From NCBI RefSeq assembly GCF_004010195.1, contig NC_057755.1:6665210-6723267 (forward strand): a stretch of DNA of 58,058 nt. The letters run 5' to 3'. Under the pieces are notes generated by a model that ran no database searches, was not told where the DNA came from, and was given only the letters and a program-made list of their open reading frames with translations. Source of the stretch: Chiloscyllium plagiosum. Lineage: Eukaryota. The first letter of the stretch is position 1; each line of letters opens with the position of its first letter. Positions 49,828 through 58,058 of this stretch are shown here, one piece after another. Position numbers and translations under genes: made by a program.

Positions 49828-52800
49828 TACCAAATGGGAGAATTGGTGCAATGTAGAACTAAACAGGAGAGTTGGTGCAGAGTAGCAATAAATGGGACAA
49901 TAGTATCAGTGTGTCTTTACATGGCAGAGTTAGAGCAGTGTAGCCTCATTTTGGGAGAACTGGTGCAGGACAGCAATAAATAAGAGAAATGGGACAGAGC
50001 AGAACTAAATGAACGTGTTGGCGCTGCGTAGAACTAGGTCTTGTAGAAGTAAACAGCAGAATCGGTGCAGTGTAGTGCTAAATGAGCAATTTAGCGCAGG
50101 GTCACACTAATAGCAGAATTGGCACAGTGTAGCAATAAATGTGAGGATTCGGGCACTGTAGCACTGAATAGGAGAATTGGTGCAGTGCAGTTCTAAACGG
50201 GAGAATTCAGGCATTGTAGGACTAAATGGAATAATTGGTGCGGTATGCAACTGAAAGGTAGAATTGGGCTAGTGTCGTACCAAATGGGCAATTTGTGCAG
50301 TGTAGTACTAAATGGAGTAATGGGTGCAGTGCATCACTAAATAGGAGAATTGGTGTAGTGTAGTACTAAAAGGGAGAATTACAGCAGGGTAGCAATAGTT
50401 AGGAGAATTGGTGCAGCGTAGCAATAAATGGAAGAATTGGTACAGCAAAGCACTGAAAGGGGGAATAGACAACGTGTATCACTAATTGAGAGAATTGGTG
50501 CAGTGTTGCAATGAATGGGAGAATTGGTGCAGTGTGGAACTACATGTTAGAATCGGTCCAGAGTCATACTAAATTGGAGACTTGAGGCAGTGTAGCACTA
50601 AATGGGGGAAACTGGTGCAGTGTAGCTTTAAAAGGTAGAATTGGGCAGGGTAGCACTAAATGGTCGACTTGGTGCAGTGCAGCACTAAATTGAAGAGGTC
50701 GTGCAGTATTGTTTTAAATGGTGACATTCATGCAGTGTAGTCTGAGAGTTGGTGCAGAGTAGCAATGAATGGGACAAATGGTGAAGTGTCACACTAAATG
50801 CACTAAATGGAAAAATTGATACAGTTTAGCAATAGAAGGGAGGAATGGGGCACTGTATCACGAAATGGGAGAATTGTGCAGTACAGCTCTCAATGGGCGA
50901 ATTAAGGCAGTGTAGGACTAAGTAGAAGAACCGGTGCAGTGTAACACAGAATGGAAGAATTGATGGAGTGTGGTGCAGAAAGCGATAATTGAGACGGCGT
51001 AGCACCAAATGGGAGAATTGGTGCAGTGTAGTACTAAGAGGGAGAATTGGGACTGGGTAGCACTAAATTGGAGAAATTGTGTAGTGCGGCAGTAAGAGGG
51101 ACAATTGGTGCAGTGTGACTGTATAAAGGAGAATTGGGGCAGTATAGCACTGAATGGGAGAAATGGAACAGTGTATAACTAAACACGAGAATGGGTGCAG
51201 TGGGGCAATAAATGAGAGAATTGGTGCAGCGTGCCTTTAAATGGGAGAATTGATGCAGTGTAGTAATAAATGGGAGAATCAGTAGCATTAAACGGGAGAA
51301 ATGGTGCAGTTTCGCATTAAATGGGACAACTGGTGCAGAGTGGCAATGAGTGGGACAATTATTGATGTGTTGCACTAAATGGGAGAATTGGTGCAGAGCA
51401 GCACTAATTGGTAGAATTGAGGCTATATAAGGCAATTGGTTCTGTGTAGCACTAAATGGAAGAATTGTGCAGTGTAGAACTCAGTGGTACAACTGCCGCT
51501 GTGTAGTACTTAAAATGAGAATTTGTAAAGTATTATAATAAATGGGAGAATTGAGGCTGCGGCGCAGTAAATGATAGAATTGGCACAGTGTAACATTGAA
51601 AGGTGGAATTGGTGCAGTGGAGCACTTAATGGGAGAATTGAGGCATCGTTGCAGGAAATGAAAGAAATGGTGCTGTGTAGCATTAATTGGGAGAACTGGT
51701 GAGGTGTAGAATTAAATGGTAGCATTAGTGTAGTGTGGTACTAAATGCGTGAAATGGTGCAATGTAGCACAAAATGGGAGAATCAGAACAGTGTGGCACT
51801 CAATGGACGATTTGGTGCAGTGTTGCACTGAATGGGAGAATTGATGCAGTCCAGCACTAAATGGGAGAATTAGCACAGTGTAGCACTAAATGGGAGAACT
51901 GGTCCATTGTTGCAATAAATCAGAAAATTACTGTGGTGCAGTACTAATAGGGAGATTTGGTGCACTGTAATGTGAAAAGAGAGAATTAGTACAGTATAAT
52001 ACTAAATGGGAGTATTCGTCCAGTGCAGTACCGGAAATGCAGTATTGATGCAGTATAGCACTAAATAAGAGAAATGATACAATCTAGTACAAAACAAGAG
52101 AATTGAATGAGTGTAGTACTAAATGGAAGAATTGTTGCAGTGTGATAATAAATTGGAGAATTGGTTCAGTGTGATAATAAATGGGAGAATAGGTTCAGCG
52201 TAGTATTAAATGGGACAATTGGTGCACCATATCACGAAACGGGAGAATTGGTCAGGATGGTACTAAATGGGTGAATTAGTGAAGTGCATCATGAAATGGG
52301 AGAACTTGTTTACTGTAGTGCTAAATGGGAGAATTTTTACAGTGTACTACTAAATGTGACAATTGGCACAGTCTAGTACCAAATTGCAAAAAAAAAAAGA
52401 TGCACTGTAGCATGCAATGAGTGAATTGGTGCAGAGTAATGTTAAATTGTAGAACTGGTACATGGAGTACTGGACAGGAGAATTGGTGCAGTGTAATATT
52501 AAATGAGTGAATTGTGGCAGTGTAATGATAAATGGGAGAATTGGTACAGTGTATTAATAGAAAAAGGAGAACTGGTGCAGTGTAGCAATAAATGCGAGAA
52601 TTGATACTGTGCATGACTAACTGCAAGAGTTGGTAGTGTCAGATGAAAAAGAGAGAGTTAGTGCACTGTAGCTCTAAAGGGAAAAGGTGCCACTGCGGCA
52701 TAGAAATTGGAGAAATTGGGATTGTAGCACTAATTTGCAGAATTGGTGCAGTGGAGCAATAAATGGGAGAATTCGTGCAGTTTAGCATTTAATGGTAGGA

Positions 52801-52895
52801 TTGGAGCAGTGTTGCACTAAATGTGAGAATTGAGGCAGTGCAGCACTAATTGAGAAAATTGGTGAGGTGTAGCACTAAATGGAAGAACTGGTGCA

Positions 52896-53127
52896 TGCAA
52901 CTCTTGGATGCAAGAGTTGTGAATGCATGGAATGCGTTGCCAGCGGTGGTGGTGGAAGCAGAATCATTAAGGACATTTAAGTGACTGCTGGCATTACACA
53001 TGGACAGCAGCGAATTGAGGGGTGCGTAGGTTAAGTTATTTTATTTTAGATTAGGAATAATCCTCAGCACAACATCGTGGGCCGAAAGGCCTCTTCTGTG
53101 CTGTACTTTTCTCAATCCTGTTTTCTA
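52896..53127 (+). mobile_element. Short CR1 3' end in the satellite
   Basis: agagttgtgaatgcatggaatgcgttgcc...ggacatttaag...gggccgaaaggcct...tgtgctgta. Confidence 0.85.
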
Positions 53128-56100
53128 GCGCTAGATGAGGAAATTTTTGCAGTATAGAGCGAATATAGAGAATTGGTGCACTCTGGTACAAAATATGAAA
53201 ATTGATGCATTATAGCACTAAATGGGGGAATAGGTGAAATGTAGCACTAAATGAGAGATTTGGTGCACCTTTGCAGTGAATGGGAGAATTGGTAGAGTGC
53301 CGCAGCAAATGGAAGATCTGGTGCAAAGTAGGACAAAATAGGAAAATTGATGCATTCTAGCACTAAATTGGTGCAGTGTAGGGACTAAACCGGAAAACTG
53401 GTGCAGTGCTGTCCAAAATGGGAGAATTGGTGCAGTGTAGCAGTAAATGGTTGAATTGATGCAGTGTAGTGGTAAATGGGAGAATTGGTGCAGTGTAATG
53501 TTAAAGTGGAAAATTGTTACAAGTGTAAGACAAATGGGTCATTGGTGCAGTGTAGCGCTAAACGGGCTAACTCGGGCATATTTGCTATAAACAGAACAAT
53601 TGGTGCAGTGTAGCACAAAATGACTGAATTGTTACAGTGTAGCAATAAAAGGGAGGATTGGTGAAGCATATTTTTAAAAGGGAGAATTTGGGCAAATGTG
53701 ACACGAATTGGGAAAATTGCCGGTGTGTAGTACTAAATTGGAGGATTGGTTCAGTATAGTAACAAATGGGAGAATTGTTGCAGAGTAGCACTCAACTTGA
53801 ACATTGGAGCAGTGTAGAAGTAAACTGGAGAATTGGCGTAGAGCAGCAATAAATGGGGGAATTGTATAGATGTACCTTCACGTGGCGAATTGGAGCAGTG
53901 ATGCACCAACTTGTGAGAACTTTTGAAGAGCAGCAATAAATTATGCTGTGTAGAACTAAACGGTAGAACTGGTGCAGTTAAGCGCGAAATGGGACTTTTG
54001 CAACAGTTCAGCAATAAGTGGGAGGATTGGGTTACAGTCGCACTAAATGGGAGAAGTGGTGCAGTGAAGCTCTAAATGTGAGATTTAAGGCAATGCAACA
54101 TTAAATAGAAGAATTGGCGCAATGGATTAAATTGAAAATTGTGGCAGTGTGGCACCAAACAGGAGAATTGTTGCAGTGTAGTACAAAAAGGAGGAACCGG
54201 GTCAGTGCAGCACTAAATGGGGGAATTGCTAGTGTAGTACGAAAACGGAGAATTGAGGCAGCAGATCACTAAATGGGACATTTGACGCAGTATAACAGTA
54301 AATTGGAGAATTAGTGCTGTGCAGCATTATTTGGGAGAATTGGTGCAGTGTAATCTGAAAAGGAAGAATTAGGGCAGTGTAGCACTAAGTTGGAGAAATG
54401 CAGCAGTGTAGCACGAAGTGAGAGAATTGGTGCATTTGCATATTAAATGAGAGAGTCGGTGCCGTCCATCACTAAATGAGAGAATTGATGCACAGTAGCA
54501 ATAAATGCGATAATTGGTGCAATGTTTAAATAATGGAAGCATTGTTGCAGTTTAGCACTGGATAGGAGAATTATGGCAGTGTGGTACCACAATGAAGATT
54601 GACGCACTACGTGAGAAAAATGGAATCTTGCAGCACAAAATGGGAAAATCGGTGCAGTGGGGCACTAAATGGGAGAATTGGTGATGTGTAGCACTAAATT
54701 GAAGAATTGGTGCAGTGTGCCACTAAATGGAAGAAATGTTGCTGTGTACCACTAAATGGGAAATTAACACATTGCAGCAATAAATTGGAGTACTGATTCA
54801 GTATAGCTTTAAATTTGAGAATTGGGGCTGTGGAGCACTAAATTGGAGGGTTGGTGCGGTGTTTCAGTAAATGAGAGAATTGGGCAGTGGGGTATTAACT
54901 GGGAAAATTGTGGCAGTGGAAGAATGGGTGCAGAGTCGCACGAAATGGAAGAATGGGAGAGTGTCACACTAAATTGTAGACTTGGTGCAAAGTAGCACTA
55001 AGTTGAAGTATTGTGGTAATGTAGCACTGAATGAGAGAATTGGTGGAGCGTTACAAATAATGGGAAAATTTATGCAGAGTAGGAACACGTGTGAGAATTG
55101 GTGCAGTGCCGCTCTAAATGGGAGAATTGGTACATCATAGCAATAGATGGGAGGATTGGGACACTTCAGCACTTTTGGGTGAATTGGTGCATTGTAGCCC
55201 GAAATGGGAGAATTGTTGCAGTTGATCATTAAATCTGAGACTAGTAGTGACATACTAACTTGAGAGTTTGTGCAATGCAGCAATAACTGGGAGAATTGGT
55301 ACGGAGTTGCACAAATTGTGAGAACTGGTGCAGTGTAGCCCTAAATGGGAGAATTGGTGCAGAGAAGTACTCAATGGGAGACGTGGGACATTGTAGCACT
55401 AACTGGGGCAATTAGTGCAGTGTAGAACTAAGTGGAAAATTTGTTGTAGTTTTGCAATATTTGGCAGAATTGTAATAATTGGAAGGAGTGGTTCCTTCCA
55501 ATTGAAAATTGATACAGATTAGTACTAAACGGGAGACTTCGGGCAATGAAGCATTTAATGGGAGAATTGACACCGTATCGTACTAAATAGCAGATTTGGG
55601 TCAGTGTACTACTCAATGGGACAAGTGGTGCAGTAAAGAAATAAATGTAAAAATTACAGTAGCATTGCAATGAATTGGAGCAATTATGCATTAAAAAGAG
55701 AATCGGTGCAGAGTAGCATGAAATGGCAGAATTGGTTCAGTGTGGTCGCATATGGGTGGAGAATAGTGTTAAATGGGAGACTTGGGGCAGTGTAGAACCA
55801 AATGCGAGCACTGTTGCATGGAAATACTAAATAGAAGAATTGGGCAGTGTAAAACTAAACGGGGGAATTGGTGCATTGAAGCAGTAAATGGAAGAATTAC
55901 AGCAGTTTGGCAGTAAATTGGGTAATTGGGGCATTGTAGTACTTAAAGGGAGATTCAGTGCAGAGTAGCACTAATTGGGAGAATTGGTCCAGTATGGTAC
56001 TATATGAGAAAATTTGCACAGAGTAGTACTAAATGCGAGACTTGGGGCAGTGTAGCAACAAATGCAAAAACTGGGTGCACCGTAATACTAAATGGAAGAA

Positions 56101-56529
56101 TTGGGACACTGCAACACGAAATGGGGGAAATGGTACAGTGTAGCAATAAATGAGAGAACTGGGACAGTATCATATTAAATCGGGAAATTGGGGCAGAGTC
56201 GTAATAAATGGGACAAGTGGTGTAGTTTTGAAATATGTGGCAGAATTGGTGCAGAGTTGCAATAAATGGATGAATTGGTGCGTTGTAACCAGAAATGGGA
56301 CAATTGGTGCAGAGTAGTACTAGATGGAGTAGTACTAAATGTATCATTAAATGGGGCAATCAGTGCAATGAAGCAGTAAATGCAAGAATTACAGCAGCAC
56401 AGCAATAAATTGGAGAATCGGGGCATTGTAGTACGTAAAGGGACAACCGGAATAGAGTCGAAATACATGGGAGAATTGGTATAGTGTGGTATGAAATGGG
56501 AAAATTGGTGCAGTGTAGAACTAAATGGG

Positions 56530-57029
56530 NNNNNNNNNNNNNNNNNNNNNNNNNNNNNNNNNNNNNNNNNNNNNNNNNNNNNNNNNNNNNNNNNNNNNNN
56601 NNNNNNNNNNNNNNNNNNNNNNNNNNNNNNNNNNNNNNNNNNNNNNNNNNNNNNNNNNNNNNNNNNNNNNNNNNNNNNNNNNNNNNNNNNNNNNNNNNNN
56701 NNNNNNNNNNNNNNNNNNNNNNNNNNNNNNNNNNNNNNNNNNNNNNNNNNNNNNNNNNNNNNNNNNNNNNNNNNNNNNNNNNNNNNNNNNNNNNNNNNNN
56801 NNNNNNNNNNNNNNNNNNNNNNNNNNNNNNNNNNNNNNNNNNNNNNNNNNNNNNNNNNNNNNNNNNNNNNNNNNNNNNNNNNNNNNNNNNNNNNNNNNNN
56901 NNNNNNNNNNNNNNNNNNNNNNNNNNNNNNNNNNNNNNNNNNNNNNNNNNNNNNNNNNNNNNNNNNNNNNNNNNNNNNNNNNNNNNNNNNNNNNNNNNNN
57001 NNNNNNNNNNNNNNNNNNNNNNNNNNNNN
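56530..57029. other. Assembly gap (exactly 500 N)
   Basis: Run of N. The round number suggests a fixed-size scaffolding spacer. Confidence 0.99.
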
Positions 57030-57560
57030 CCTGCAGTACATTGCACATTACAAAATCTTTCTAACCCTTCCCTAAAATTACTCATTGTCCCAACACCTAC
57101 TATGCAATATGGGTCTGAATTTAAAAGATTCATGGTTCTTTGAGGGAAGGAAGTCCTTTGCATATGGTTTTAAATCTGCTCCCCCTTCTCCTAAAACTGT
57201 GGGCTCTCTTCTCGACTGTGCCAGCAAGGACACATCTGGTGGACAACTACTCTGCTGATTCCGTTTGACTTCTGATATGCCTCTATTAGTTCTCCCCTCA
57301 TTCTTCTATAATCCAGAGAGTATCTGATTCAACTACTCAGTTTTGGTACTAATTACAAACCCCTCTGGCATCCATCTAGTGAACTACTTCTGACCTTTCT
57401 TCAATTGAAGGACATAATTCCTCAGTTAGTGGGTTCGAAATGTTAAGCAGTGATCCATGTGCAGACTCTCTAATGCCTTGTATAGTTGCAGCATCACCTC
57501 CCTATTTTGATACTTCATCCTTTTAGCAATAATTCAGAATTTTCCAGTTGCTTTATTGCC
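57030..57560 (-). mobile_element. Decayed CR1 ORF2 3' fragment
   Basis: MQRTSFPQRTMNLLNS...FREGLERF; similar to the reverse complement of ~24886-24930. Confidence 0.65.
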
Positions 57561-58058
57561 TGCCTGCTCGACCTACACCAAATTGGATACAAATGCAATC
57601 CAAATTGAAGGACTGAATCGTCTCCTCTTGCCCTATTTCCGATGTGTCTAAGGGATCTTCGCTGAGCTTATTGTCAGAAACTGTCACAATTCAATGACTG
57701 CATGAACCAACAGAATATTGCTGACTTACCAGGAATTCCGAAGGCTGCCAGAATTGGATAGTAAATTATCTTTATCTGGACAATTGTCGGCTGCACCATT
57801 CTCTGAAGAATGTTGGACATGTACCCAGATCTTTGCATTCACTTGCAACACATTTGGGGGATTCAATAGTCCTTATTTATACAGCAACATGTCCCTCGTT
57901 GAGAACAAAATAAAGGTGATGCAACACGACCAGAATAACGTTCACTGAAGAGATTTTTGCTGCTCCATTTCACTCATGTGTCCATGAAGAGATGACGCAG
58001 GTGAATAACAGGTGCACTTTTCACCAAAACGAACAAATGGAATAACATCACAGAACGA

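Larger units (their letters stand above)
46415..56529. repeat. 29-bp satellite, main array, running into the assembly gap
   Basis: Continuous diverged monomers, interrupted at 49166-49827 and ~52896-53127. Confidence 0.96.

Noticed and set aside
56175..57163. ORFs of 175-288 aa
   Set aside because: They span the N gap.

Overview
Repeat-rich eukaryotic DNA, almost certainly from a cartilaginous fish (shark), judged from an HE1/V-SINE, HER1-type CR1 LINEs and a GPR139/GPR142-like GPCR. No intact protein-coding gene is evident. A diverged 29-bp satellite (1-~3460, ~43030-43400, ~46415-56529, same orientation) flanks a ~40-kb island. The island holds a 36/32-bp satellite (~4830-17735), many nested and decayed CR1 LINEs, a Penelope-like element (RT + GIY-YIG), short Penelope terminal-repeat insertions, SINEs, solo-LTR-like elements and a multiply disabled GPCR pseudogene exon. 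A 500-N gap lies at 56530-57029. Main points of interest: (1) a 132-bp insertion with a 13-bp TSD carrying an apparently intact minimal hammerhead ribozyme, with several decayed relatives, one starting at the predicted cleavage site; (2) a 99-bp-arm near-perfect palindrome made by an 88-bp inverted template-switch insertion in the GPCR's last codons; (3) higher-order satellite structure shared across the island. Most long ORFs in the ORF track are satellite or gap artefacts. Family names come from motif recognition, not database searches.
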